Part shown: positions 38,486-51,624 of the stretch, piece after piece
How the letters are laid out: each line of letters opens with the position of its first letter
Position numbering within the stretch: position 1 is the stretch's first letter
NCBI GenBank assembly: GCA_025201805.1
Contig: MU619259.1
Span: forward strand, 197,204 to 261,203
Direction of reading: 5' to 3'
DNA from: Parasitella parasitica NRRL 2501
Taxonomy: Eukaryota; Fungi; Mucoromycota
DNA: 64,000 nt
Notes under the pieces: generated by a model
Told to the model about the DNA's origin: nothing
Databases searched by the model: none
Seen by the model: the letters and a program-made list of their open reading frames with translations, nothing else
Made by a program: the position numbers and the translations under genes

Positions 38486-39591
38486 ATGACCAACTGGACT
38501 ATTTCAGTAAGTTGCGTTTAACAAATGAAACCTTAACAAAATTGACTTATGATTTGCATAGATCCCCGAGACACCCTCTCCTAACTTTGTACTTGTCAAG
38601 AACATTGCTCTAGAGTCTACCGAACAAACTGGTAAGTAAATCAACGTGCCTAACGTGTCTAGCATCCAAAATGCTAACTTGTGGGCATAGTCAAGGAATT
38701 CTTCTTGTTCTGTGGCAAGATCAAGGAATTCGAATTAAAAGTGTAGGTTATTTTTCGTTCACCAATGACTTGTGTGTTTTTTGCTAAAGCATTCGGTCGT
38801 TTTCTAGTGACGAAGACGACGAAAAGCATCAGGTTGCGCTGATCCATTTCGAACGCGAATCTGCAGCCAAAACAGCAGCCCTCTTGAGCAATGGTAAGTA
38901 GAAGAAGGGAGAAGAAGAAAAAAAAAATTTTCTTCTTTGTTGGAAGTAAACAAGATGTGTAACCAGTTTCATGTTTTGTTTGATGTGATGCAATAGCTTT
39001 GGTCGATGAAAGCCATATCATCGCTACACCTTATTTCGATATCCCAGCCAAGGAAGAATCCAGCGAAGGACAAGAGAGCGAAAGTAACGAGAAAGACGCT
39101 CAAGAGAACAAGCCCAAATCACGTATTGCCGCAGAGATCTTGGCTAACGGTTATATGCTGCAAGATCACGTTGTTGCCAAGGGTCTTGAATACGACAACA
39201 AATACAATCTCAGTGGTCGATGGACTGGATTTCTCAACACTTTGCAAAGCAATGTAAAACAAATTGATGAAAAGTATCGTATTTGGGACAAGGCTGTTGA
39301 TTTGGATCAAAAATACAAGATTAATGAGACAGTTCAGAATGTTGCTCAAACTGCTCAAAACAAGGCTCAAGCTGCACTTCAAACACCAACTGGCCAAAAG
39401 GTGCAAGATATTGCCACCCAAACCTTGAATCGAATCGCAGCTGTTCACTATGAAGCCAAGAAGATTCAGGTAATATATACTATCATGTTGTGGCGTTATA
39501 TACTGACTCTTTTGGACTGTAGGGGGAAAGGTTGAGCTCGCCATCTGCGTCAACAAAGACACCTGTCGCTGACACCAAGGCTACCCAATAA
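38486..39591 (+). CDS. RRM-containing Vip1-like protein (multi-exon)
   Basis: VKNI...VKEFFLFCGKI...A.IHFERESAAKTAALLSN, QENKPKSRIAAEILANGYMLQD, as in S. pombe Vip1 family proteins. Confidence 0.85.
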
Positions 39592-40977
39592 AACATGTAA
39601 CGCTCGAAAAGTTTGCTAGTAATCGCTACAAATGTACAATTATCACGCTAATTTCCCTCCAACTTTAATGGTTGTAAAATAAAATTGTATACTTGTTTAT
39701 AAATATGTTTCACCTTTTTTTCAGCTAGGCGAGATTAAAATCCATAATAAGCATCAAAATGAATTGATTGAGCCAGTTTCAGGTTGCATGAAATTTTTGT
39801 TCGTTTAAGCGACTCCCATCTCTGGTGCCTATTGTTACAAATCGCTCCACTCATCATTTTCAATTTAATCAGTTTCCGTTGACGGTATTGTTCATTTGGG
39901 AAGTCATTTACTAGTTGGTCATTCTTGGAACTGTGCACATAATGAGACCATCGTTTGATTAGGTTTATGATAAATGACATCCCGTCGTGTACACTGCAAG
40001 CTTTCATTGTTGCGGCATTATCAAAGCTTCCATTGCTCAAGTCTTCAGTATAAATATCTATTATTCTGTCGTTAATTAGCCATTTATTTATTTTTTTCAA
40101 ATTACTCAAACGCATCTATTTCTACAAAATGCATTCTAAAAACAGTGCCATTATTTTACTCGGCTTATTGCAAATACTATTGATGGCATTACAAACAGAG
40201 GCCTACTGCGTTTATAACAATATAAAAAATAGAGATGTCTACATATATCAAAACACAGATAACACACAGGCAGATAGATTAAGGTAAGCATATGTCCTTG
40301 ATCTCATGGAAAAAATTGCTCACTCGTTTTCGCAGCGTTTTTAAAAGAACTGTGCAACCAAGGACTAGAGAGTGCTGTCCAAAGACCTCGCCAACTTGTA
40401 GTAAGGCAGATGATGAAAATATTAGGTTAAAGCTACATGTAAGTGTATATATAGTCCACTGCACCTGTCAAAAGAGATGAAAAATCAAGTACTTATATAA
40501 ATATATGTGTATATCATTAGGTTCAAATTCTAAAAGCAAATAATGGAGGAGACGTAAACGACGGCATCATTGTTCCCGCAGGCGGCTACTTGGAGATTTC
40601 CGAATCCGAAAACACTATCTATTATGGAGTGTATAATGCGGATGATACCATATTTCCTTTTGAAACATATGCCCTTTGAGGATAAGATACGATTCTCAAT
40701 ACAATAAATATATTTATACACATGATATAATGAATCAAGTGTTTGGTATGTAGTCGGGGTAGATGCTATAAATACTATTGTTTAGGTTAGACTCACACAC
40801 AAGAATTCCAATTCGTTTTTCTATTGATTTATTCAAGACAATCAGACACATCTTTTTTCCATGTTTTCGATTACACAGTATTCTGAATGATTTGTATCAT
40901 TGCTCTCATTCAACTCATCAACTTCAACGGTATACAAACTTCGGATGCTTTATTTTCCTTATATAATGTACAAATAT

Positions 40978-41997
40978 CTAAGCAATAAAGGGGAACATTG
41001 AAGTTCTGTTGCGAGGATAATCTTTGAAATCCTTCTTGTAGTTTTTGTGCTTCTTGACGGCCCAAATGTACATTTGCCCAGTCGCAACAATGTTAAAAAG
41101 GAACGCTGCAATAAACACATTTAGTTAAAACCCTCCTTATGCATCCCAGGATCAGTTACTTACCACTCCAGCTAGTTGTGAGGAAACATACGACAGTCCA
41201 TGCAATGAACTCAAAAAGATAATTAGGGCAAGAAACCAAATCAAAACCGTAACCATAGGGAATAGCGCGAACGCGGGTTCCAGGAGGACGCAAATTACGA
41301 AGAGTGACATGAGTTATCAAATTGGAGAGTTCAGCCCACTATCGAATTGAGTCAGTATAACGGACTGCATGTAATAGAATAAACTTACAGCCCAAACAGC
41401 AACAGAGCCATACAACCAAACGTCACTGCGAACAGCAGCACTCTTACCTTGAGCAAACCAAGGGCCATAAACCCAAAAAGCCAAATTAGCACCAGACAAT
41501 AACCAGTAATGAGCAGAATTTTTAAAGACGTTGCGGAAAGGCATAGTTCCATGAGAGAAACGATGGACAAATACAGTTTCCAGCTCGCGCTTCAAGAAAT
41601 GGAGCATGACCATGTAATAAGTGGCAGTTTGCATAGGCGAATGACTAAAAGAAGAGCCATAGATATGCTTTGATAAATAGAAAAAGATGGGGTGAATGAC
41701 CATAGGACCAGCGTATTCAATCATAAACACAGTGCGCCAGCCAATTTGTGCTCCAAGGTCCTTGAAATAGACGTTGGTTTGTTCATCAATGCCTTGCTCT
41801 TGCAACGTCTTATCAAGATCCAACACCTTTTTATCCTCGGTCGTCAAACGTTGACGTTCAGGATAATATATGGGAAATCTAGCGGCAAGGGCCTTATTCA
41901 CATCAGATGTCTTGATGGTGCTGGCTGTTCCTGCAAGTTCCAGTGTTACTGGGAACTTGGAAGACTTTGGATTGCGTGAAACAATGGTAACCTTCAT
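40978..41997 (-). CDS. TSC13: Very-long-chain enoyl-CoA reductase (TECR/TSC13), 3 exons
   Basis: KDLGAQIGWRTVFMIEYAGP, HFLKRELETVFVHRFSHGTMP, FKNSAHYW, LVSCPNY, YKKDFKDYPRNR. Confidence 0.95.
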
Positions 41998-42217
41998 AAT
42001 TCCTGACAGAGAAGAAACAGAAAAAGAAAACGCCAAACTGTGGGGGGAGGGGGTTTTATTTGCCAGCCAGTTTATTTTGCGCGGCTTGTTGAAATATTGG
42101 GGTTCCCAAACGACCAATGACAACTAATGGATATCATTAGGATGGATGAATCAAAAGCATGAAAGTCTTGGAAGTACCGAGAAAGTATAATCTCGATATG
42201 AATGATGCTTATCACCC

Positions 42218-43002
42218 GAGCTTTATAGGAGTAGGATGTGCTCAAAATATGATCGCTTTTAGCCAAAAACGATCATAAAAGGGTATTTTTTTTTAATTTT
42301 TGAAAATTTATGCTTGCATAGCCTTTTAATTTATATGGCTAGATGCAGAAAGCATCCATTGTCAGAGAACACTTAGTACGCATATTCGAAATATTTATTA
42401 CTCTCCTGAGATATCTAGCAGTGAAAAATCTAGACATACCGCTGAGGTTGAATTTAAAGCCTACTACTACTGCACAGTCTCACTGTAAATAAGTGCACCA
42501 TCTATTTTCAATTGAGGAGCAAAGTATAATTCTAGTAGGTAACTTGGGTACGACTCAATATGAATTGATAGCTGAAATGATCTATAAAACGGAATCAAGC
42601 CTTATTCTCACACATCTTCATTTTTGGATGCAACAAGTACTACCAAATCTGAAATATTACTCTTTTCCCCAGCTAAAAGGGTGTAATCTGCAATGTTTAA
42701 TATTCTTGAAAAATATCAAGCAATAGATACATTTTCTTCAGCCAAACCCTACCTCTTTTGCTTTAATTTACAACATATCCAAGTTTCAAGAATTTCTGAC
42801 CATTATTTAAATTTTGCCCGTTTGGAACTGCAAACTTCATATTGAATTTTCTGTTTTCAACTTTGGGTCGACCTTCAGGGCCATTTTTAGGTACGAATTT
42901 GGAGACCAAGCCAAGTATACAGGGTAATACTAGTGTGATAACTGTACCTCATTACGTCTTTTGATTCTCGATATCTATCTTTGCTGCCGAGATATTGCCA
43001 AA
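42218..43002. repeat. Non-coding direct repeat, copy 1 (~0.8 kb)
   Basis: Collinear with 43657-44480; shared blocks include TAGGTAACTTGGGTA, ACCAAATCTGAAATATTAC, CATTTTTAGGTACGAATTTGG, GTGATAACTGTACCTCA, GATTCTCGATATCTAT. Confidence 0.9.
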
Positions 43003-43656
43003 ACTAGATTTTGCAGATTTTACAGCATATGCTCTTATAACAAGTACCAAAATTTGAAACTAAATCATGTTCAAGTTCCTAAGTAAAGTAATAAAGCACG
43101 TTTTGGTACATTTACTGATATTAAACATGTCGTAGTGAAGCTCGAATTCGACAAGCTTGAGCCAATTTTGTCTTTTTACGTTAAACTTTGTCCCCTTGTT
43201 ACTCAACAAACTACTAAAACACTCTGACTTGGGTTATTATCAAAATCTTTTGAAACCTGATTCTCTATTAGATGTATAAGTTTCAGATAGGTGTGTAGAA
43301 AAAAATCTTTTTTCATTTTTTTTTAGCTGAGGCTTGATTTATTTTCATAACTTTCAAAGCAATAAACGGTATTTAAAGGTACATAATGTAGCAACACAAA
43401 CATAGAGCTACAAAATAGCTACCAAATGGTTTTTGTTTGGTCAAAAAATAGCAATTTTTGAGCGAGATAATGGCGAAAAACAGTATGGTTTTTTACCCTT
43501 TTGAATGGCTCCATTTTGGCCCTCTAAACATAGGGCTGAGATTTTGTAGATTCATTTTGGTCGAGACAAAATTTTAATTTTTGGCAGATATAATAGAGCT
43601 ACAGTTATGAACAAGATATTAACGTGTAGGTATTGGCATGATAATTTGTTTAGTCA

Positions 43657-44480
43657 ACTTTATAGAGCTTAATGTACTCAAAATATGCTTGATTTCACTC
43701 AAAAACTATCAAAAAGGACGTTTTTTGAATATTTGAAGATTGGTAATAAAAAAAGGTGTTTTTATAGCCTTATAATTTATATGGTTGGATGCAAAATTTA
43801 ATTTTTGTTATAAAACACTTAGTGTGCATATCTGATATACTTATTGCGTTTATGAGATATCTAGTAATGAATTATGCGAAAAAAGCTCGAAACTGATTTG
43901 GGTCAAATGGAAACACAGTGCTGAGATTCAATCTGCAGTCTATTTTTTTGCTGTAAATGAGGGCATCAACTATTTTCAATTGAAGAAATCGAAGAGCAAA
44001 GCAAGGCTTTACTAGGTAACTTGGGTATGCTTTGATATGAATCAATAGCTGAGATAATTTATAGTACACGCTCAGAAACCATTTTTCTATACCTACATTT
44101 TTGGATGAAGCAATTACCACCAAATCTGAAATATTACCTCTTTCCCCGCTTAAAGGCTTAATTTGCAATCTCTTATAACTTTAAAAACTATTAAGCAATA
44201 GAGATTTAACCTTTAGCTAAAAAGTTTTTCTTTTGCACAATTTTACAACATACCCGAGTTTCAAGCATCTCTGACCATTTTTCAGATTTTGCTATGTTTG
44301 GACCCCCAAACCTCAGATTCGATTTTCAATTTTCAACTATGGGTTGATCTTCAGGGTCATTTTTAGGTACGAATTTGGGGACTAAGCCAAGTATACATGG
44401 TAATACTGGAGTGATAACTGTACCTCAGTACGTCTTCCGATTCTCGATATCTATTTTTGCTGTCGAGATATTGCCCAAAA
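43657..44480. repeat. Non-coding direct repeat, copy 2 (~0.8 kb)
   Basis: Same blocks as copy 1, offset by ~1.44-1.48 kb. Confidence 0.9.
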
Positions 44481-45319
44481 ACCAGAGACACTTTGCCTTG
44501 AGACATTATTTAAATCGGGTTATAATTAGCACCAATTTCTTAATTGTCCAAGTTGTACCCCATTCTCAAGTTTAAAAAGCGTAGACAGCTAAAAAGATAC
44601 TTTAGCAGCATCCTGGTAGATGTTGTACTCACTGCATAGGCGTGTGGACAGAGCACCGTTTATAATTTTTTACTGTGTATACAGTTGACCAATCATATTC
44701 AAAGACATCGATAAAGTGGAATCTTGATAGGACTGCAGATAGAAACGATAAAGCTGGGTCATACGGTATTGTATTGATAAAATCAATGTAAATAACAGGT
44801 TGCGATGCATATGGCAATTACAATATCCATCACGCACTTGTATCAGCATCCAGCCTATTTATGACGCTCATGTGCAGTATACTTCATCTTAATGATATAG
44901 TATCGTGCTACCAGTGTCCATTACGAGTAGTAGTTGCGGATGATGTTGTAGTCGTTACACGCCTTTAATGTTTATGGATATTTTGTGCTTTTGAAGTAGT
45001 TTCATTGGAACATCTACTGATCAATAATGTCCCCATTGACATGCTCATTAAATAATGGTTTATGTAAGCATATAATCTCATATTAGCTAGTATGCTGCTC
45101 GACATATATCATTGCGTTTGGCACAGTGCCTCTCAAATTGCTGCTCGATTTGTATATATTATCTTGTAACAAATTTTGTACGTCATGATGACGGACATTT
45201 TTTCCTTTTCGAGCTTAATTTTGAGAGATCAAAGAAATGAGTGGTATATAAAAAACCAAACTAATTTTATAAACAACGTTCTTTTTAGTATCTTAATCTC
45301 AACTTTTGATACAAATATA

Positions 45320-46645
45320 ATGTTTACCAATATAATTGGTAAGCTTTATCGACCAAAAAATGATGAAGAAAGTAATATAAACAATCACATCGACAGTCCA
45401 CCTATTGCATCGGAAAGAGATGTTCCTCGCACAGTGCCTGGAGATAGAATCGACGGCCGTCAAAACGATTTACTTACATCACAGACAGCGGAGACTTCTT
45501 CTGCTGTATCAGCGCCTACAACATCAAAGCCTGTAAAAGAACAAGAGCTTCGATTCTACCAAGGTGGCGTCAGAAAGAAATATCAGCCGTTCGTAAAATG
45601 GATTGGTCGAATCGGTTTCATTGCCAAAGGCATTGTTTACGGCTGTATTGGTGTCTTGACTATTACTAATGTTTCTGGAGCCTGGACACCCAACGGAAGC
45701 GAAGGTAATGAATCTCCTCAAGGCGCTTTTTTATTGTTGGGCGGCATTCCATCAGTTGGCAGATCGATCCTCATTGTCATGGCTGTCGGCTTGGTTTTAT
45801 ACATAATTTGGAGAATGTGGGAGGCCATTACTGGGCAAGGAAGCGATGCAACATTTGGGAAGAAAAAGAATTTTTTCAGATATCGATTATCGCCCTTCGT
45901 CAGCGGCCTTGTTTACTCAGCTTACGCTTACTATGTTATCCAGATGATCTTTAAAACAGAAGAAGAGCAGCAAACCTTAGCATCCAGCAGCACCTTTCCT
46001 GCTTCGTGGACAAATTCGACATTGGGCAAAGCAGGCATCGGCCTTCTCGGTGTTGCTTTTTTGATTGCGTTTGTAACGCAAATTATAAATGCTGCAACTG
46101 GCAATTTCATCAAAGATCTAAAGACAAGTGAGCCAGGTACGAATAAATATCTCGCATTCAGTTTACATTTACTGGGTCGCATTGGTTTCGGTGGAAGAGC
46201 TGCTTTGTTTTGTACCTTGTCTGGTTTCTTTTGGGATTCACTAGCTCAGGCAAACGAATCTGGCGATAAAAACATGGTTGCTGCCGCCATCGGGAAGCTT
46301 GCGAACTCTGGTGGTGGTCGTTTCTTTATGGTTGTTCTTGGTGTTAGTTTAGTCATATATGCTCTCTTTGCTGTACTGAATGCATACTTTAAATACTTTC
46401 CGACACCACCTCCTACGCGACATGAATATTACACTCACAATGTGATTGATCCTGTCGGCAGTAACCTTTCTTCCTCCTCTTCCTCTGCCTCAAACTGTGC
46501 CATTCAAGGTGTTCAAACTGCCAAAGAAAATGCGCCTTCCACGGCTACCGAGGTCAAAGAAGCCTACGAACAAAAATCACCGTGGTATCATCTTTTTACG
46601 AGGACATCTTCGCGACCAAGAGAAGTCGATACCGAAAAGCAATAA
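45320..46645 (+). CDS. Multi-pass membrane protein with three DUF1206-like repeats, intronless
   Basis: RIGFIAKGIVYGCIGVL...GAF..L...GRSILIVMAVGLVLYIIWR; RIGFGGRAALF...GRFFMVVLGVSLVIYALF. Confidence 0.8.
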   Translation: MFTNIIGKLYRPKNDEESNINNHIDSPPIASERDVPRTVPGDRIDGRQNDLLTSQTAETSSAVSAPTTSKPVKEQELRFYQGGVRKKYQPFVKWIGRIGFIAKGIVYGCIGVLTITNVSGAWTPNGSEGNESPQGAFLLLGGIPSVGRSILIVMAVGLVLYIIWRMWEAITGQGSDATFGKKKNFFRYRLSPFVSGLVYSAYAYYVIQMIFKTEEEQQTLASSSTFPASWTNSTLGKAGIGLLGVAFLIAFVTQIINAATGNFIKDLKTSEPGTNKYLAFSLHLLGRIGFGGRAALFCTLSGFFWDSLAQANESGDKNMVAAAIGKLANSGGGRFFMVVLGVSLVIYALFAVLNAYFKYFPTPPPTRHEYYTHNVIDPVGSNLSSSSSSASNCAIQGVQTAKENAPSTATEVKEAYEQKSPWYHLFTRTSSRPREVDTEKQ

Positions 46646-46848
46646 TGTAATATATCGAATACCTTCCTATGTAATATATATATATACAATATACCATATA
46701 CCCTTTCTCGAATTGTAATCTGGACTTACCACTGTTGTAATGAATATAAATAGCCCAACTTGATTGGTGGAACAGTAAACACATATAAAGTCTCGGCTTT
46801 GAGGGGCTGCCGTTGATACCCACCCCCCTTTTTCTTTTCCCCATTACC

Positions 46849-48707
46849 ATGGAACAGAGTGAACAGCTAGTCCATGACCATGCGATATTTATAAATTCAA
46901 CTGTAAATTCAGTGTATGAACTTATAGTAGCTATTCCAGGCTCTCATTTGGCCATAAATTACCTCAAAAACGCCTATCAAGATGACCCCTTCCGTATTGC
47001 TTTGGAACTCTTTTTGGTTTTTTTTGCTATCAAGTACATGCTTTCCAAGAAATACAAGCCTAATGACAACAATGTCCAGCTCACAATCAAGGTAAGACAT
47101 ACATTGGCGATGCTTTCATTGTGCATTGACACGGCAGAGCACAGGAAGTGGATGACCTTGTGGAAGACTGGCAGCCAGAGCCTTTAGCTCCCAAGCTTAC
47201 TTCTTATGATCGTTTCAATCTTGAAAAAACGCCTTTGATTGTGGGTGCACAATCTGCAAAGACCAAGGTGGCGGGACACACAAAACCTCTGATGAATCTG
47301 GCTACTACCAACCATCTGAATTTGGTCGCATCGGAACAGATCCGCCAAAAGGCAGTAGAGACCTTGAGAAATTATGGCGTTGGCTCTTGTGGACCTCCTG
47401 GCTTCTATGGTACTATCGATGTACACATGGATTTGGAGCGTGATATTTCTCGTTTTATTGGCACTGATGATACTATCATTTACGCGCAAGGTTTTTCCAC
47501 TGTTTCCTCGGTTATTCCTGCTTTTGCCAAGCGTGGTGATTATTTGGTCGTGTAAGTTTATTTACGCTGTTACTGTCCTCCTCACGTATTTATCTCTCTC
47601 TTTTTTTTTTATAGTGATGAAGGTGTCAGTTTTGCTATTCAAAAAGGCGTTCAGATCTCCCGATCCATCGTAAAGACTTTTAAGCATAATGACATGGAAG
47701 ATTTGGAACGTGTATTGAATGAAATCAACACTGAGCATGCGATTGTAAGTGCTCTCAAAGAAGACCCCGCATTTTTATTCACAGTTTAGTTCAGCATAGA
47801 AAACGTTTGACTCGTCGATTCATTGTTACCGAAGGCCTTTTCGCTAACTATGGCGATATTGCTCCACTGGATAAGTTGGTAATTCACTATCATATGTTAC
47901 ACTTGGAAGGAAAAACTAAACAACCCTGTTTTACAATGCTTTTGTCACAGGTTGAATTAAAGAAGAAGTTCAAGTACCGTCTCATTCTGGATGAATCTCA
48001 ATCCATTGGCGTTCTTGGTAGTAAAGGTGCGGGTTTAACTGATCTATTCAAGATAGATGTAAGTTCTGGACATGTATAAACTTTGCCCCCGTTATTAATT
48101 TTTAAATTAGGCTAAAGAAATTGATATGATCACTGGTCAATTGTCCAATGCCATATGTGGCTCTGGTGGGTTCTGTACTGGTAGCGTTGAAGTGATCGAC
48201 CATCAGCGTCTCTCTGGTCTTGCTTATTGTTTCTCTGCTTCTATGCCTGCTATGCTTGCTGTTTCCGCATCTGAAGCATTCCGTATTATTGAGCAGCAGC
48301 CCATCTTGTTAAAGGAGTTAGCTGAACGCATTTTGTCTTTCCGTCAAGTTTTGAGCCACAAGTCATTGGATGCGTATATCTACCTTGAATCTCCAGACTT
48401 GGATTCTCCTTCGCCATTCTTCCATATCCGTGCACAAAAATCTTTCCTTGATACTCAAATTCAAGACAATGAGGACAAGGTCTCTCGTGAGGCGGAGGAA
48501 CGTTTGTTACAAGATGTGGTCGATGAATGCGCTTATCAAGGTGTTTTAGTTACTCGTGCCAAGTATGTGTACGATCAAGAGTTGCGTTGCCCTCCTCCAA
48601 GCATAAGAATTAGCGTAACCATCGGTCTTAGCAAAAAAGAAAATGACAAGGCAGCAAACGTTGTCAAATCTGCTATTGTTAAAGTGTTTAGCAAATGGAA
48701 GAAATAA
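46849..48707 (+). CDS. LCB1: Serine palmitoyltransferase subunit LCB1 (multi-exon)
   Basis: [78 protein letters not shown]; lacks the PLP-binding Lys, as expected for LCB1. Confidence 0.95.
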
Positions 48708-50295
48708 TTAGTTTATTGTTTCCTTTTCTCTTCCCTTTCATAATGATAATACATTTAATACAAAATACTAATACTAATACAAATAATAATAAAAGGACCA
48801 CATTTTGCACCACTATTTTACCCTTTCTAATACAATTAGAAACAGGCTCGATGCACACTTTAAGCGTAAGTCGCTAAAACATGCCGACTATATGAGGGAT
48901 TTTGAAAAAAAAAAGCTTGAGACTTTTATAAACATTCGCAGATTGTATTAGTAAAATTATTAGACTCGTTGTTCCTTTAAAAGCTCGATAAGATCATAAA
49001 AAACAATTCCTTGCTGTATGATGATTGCATAATCCACTACCATCAATGTTGGCAAATGGACCAGATCATCGCTAGATCTTGATACTTGTTCTAAACCAAG
49101 TTTTAACGTTGGCATCCAAGTTTGCGTTGCTTTGGAACTGCTAATTTCAAATTGATAAATCGTTGTACAAATATTTAAATATTATCCAGGCGGTAATGTC
49201 TGTATTAAGGGTTTGTGAAACTAAATTATTGCTTAAACTTCTTTTTAAAAATTCATTCAACCGCTGACTTGAATGTTGATGTTTGTATCATCGGGCTACT
49301 ACTGAGACATTTACAAATAGTGACTCTACCTGTTGTTACAATGCCGTTTTGGTATGTCATATTATGGATGTAATAAATCGTCATGATTGATTTTCACGCC
49401 ATGTAATTTCATACAAGCATGGTTGGCTTATGCGAATTGTTCACATGGGAGCCTGTATTACACGTAGCAAAACTTTTTATATACCGTAGACATAGCTTCT
49501 CAGATTCAACACATTTGCCGTTCTCAAGTGCCACTGAAAATACAGAAGACATCATGTAGCTATGAGAGTATATATGTATTTTTTTTTATTCTTACATACA
49601 TTATAACACTTAAACATTAATTCCAAAAAAAGAAAAGGGAATCTAGAAGCATGACACACAAGATCATAGTATAAATGTTGTCAAAAGTGCTCGTCTTCCC
49701 CCCTGAATTCATTTTGGGAAGCTATTGGCATGTTCCATCCAATTGCCAGCTGAAAACTCTTTGCCGTTTTAATTTCTCTTTTGCATTTAAACACATTTCG
49801 GCTTACACTGTATCTGCATAAAAATCGAAGAGGAAAGGGCTTTGATGAAGGAACTGGTTCCGGACTTTCATGTTCATTACGGCATTTCTTACTGTATGAA
49901 GTCTGAAAAGCAAGATTCAACTATAATCTTTATTGCTCAATTAATATATTGTTTGTATATTATTATAGAACTTTTAGAAGACTTTCAGTGCTCTTTTCCT
50001 GTATCACATTGTACACAATATCAATTTTTAAACATTTTTCGAGATATATAAACTAATATACAAAAATAGGTCAATGGATAATGTAGCACACAACCTGAAG
50101 GATTACAAGACTAAGTTTTTACCAGGAAAAAATGATTTGGTTAAAGGACTCGGCAATTCAATCTAATTTCGTTACTGTAAGTGCTCAATAAAATAGAATC
50201 TGTAGAAGAAAGCGACATTCTCTTCTTCTTCCCTTTCCTCCAACTTTCTTTACCTCCTCTTCTTGACGACATTATAACAGCTAATATAGCCATAT

Positions 50296-51162
50296 ATGCT
50301 TCATTTTAAATGTTGTTGGTTTTTACTAGTGTATCTAGTCCTACCTTCCGCCGTGATCGCTTTGCCATACAATAATGATCGACAGCAACCGTATAATGTC
50401 GATGTCAGCCAGTTTTCTCAATTCTTTTCATCACATTTACTATTTGACCATCTTGATGGAACATTGACTGTTTTATCAAAGCGCATTTCTTTGCATTTTC
50501 AAAGCTTGATCCAAGTTACTGTACAGCCACCAGGTGGCGGCGTTAATGATGATTTCGAGGTGGATATCGATTTATTAAGAGGTCAGCTACAAGGTGCTGT
50601 TGGCTGTAAGTAGTAATTTATGGTATATACATGCTTTAATTCAATGTAGCTAATAGACATTGTAAAATTTGTAGCTTTTATTGAAGATTCGTTGCCCACG
50701 ATTTGGAATACTCGATCCAAAGTCATTGATAAATCTTCCCTCACTCAGTATATCGAAAAAACAACGTCTGACTATTGTGCTATTAATGTGGACAATACAT
50801 TTATAAACACTTGCATACAAAAAAACATACAGGAGATTGCAGCCCGTGTAGATCAATATATTCAAGACCACGTTAATCGCATCTTATGGTTAATTGCCAC
50901 CGAAGATCTTCCACCTTTATTTCAGACAACTCAATCACATGTCAATGGCATTTTGGCCCATTTCAATCATTATCTGGTAAAAGGTAGAGACCGTAAACAA
51001 TTCAAAGAGCTAAAGAACACAATTGTCATTCAGCACAATCTCGAAAATTCAGTTGAACTGATTTCTTATTTGGAAATGGCAGTAAATTCACATCATCAAT
51101 CACTCGAAAATGCGTCCCATACTTCACTTCAAAAGTTTATTTCACTTGCTCGAGTCAATTAA
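50296..51162 (+). CDS. Secreted hypothetical protein; exons 50296-50605 and 50675-51162
   Basis: Signal peptide ending VIA|LP; GT-AG intron 50606-50674 joins GAVG|SFIEDSLPTIW in frame. Confidence 0.8.
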
Positions 51163-51624
51163 GCTATATATATAACAATTACTCATTTACATACAACATT
51201 TCGAAAATAGCATTTTATTATTATTATTTGTACTATATAAATTTCAATAAACAAAAAAAACAAACAAAAAAACAAAAACTTTTCTGTATAAATCAAAACT
51301 ATGAGACTCAAGAGATTCGCTATTATCCATTTGTTTATTTAGCAATAGCTATATAGAGATGTGCTGAGACAAGTTGGAAAGCTCCACGTTCGATGATCAT
51401 TTGCCTCAAATCAAATATACTTCAAAGACATATAATGCGCCAAACTAAATGTTGCTAAAGAAGCAGAGAAGATGGCAAAGCATGTATGAAGAAAAAACAA
51501 TTTAAAACGAATCTTGATGATATACTTTAGCAAATAAACACCATTTTGTGGATGGGATGTTTCTACTTACATTCGTCTGCAAATCACATTTACATTTATA
51601 ATATACAATCTCTTTATTTCTCAA

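Noticed and set aside
39735-40721. Short minus-strand ORFs between the Vip1-like gene and TSC13
   Set aside because: No recognisable motifs or coherent exon structure
42218-44480. LTR retrotransposon interpretation of the direct repeats
   Set aside because: No clear TG...CA termini, PBS, PPT, TSD or gag/pol remnants were seen
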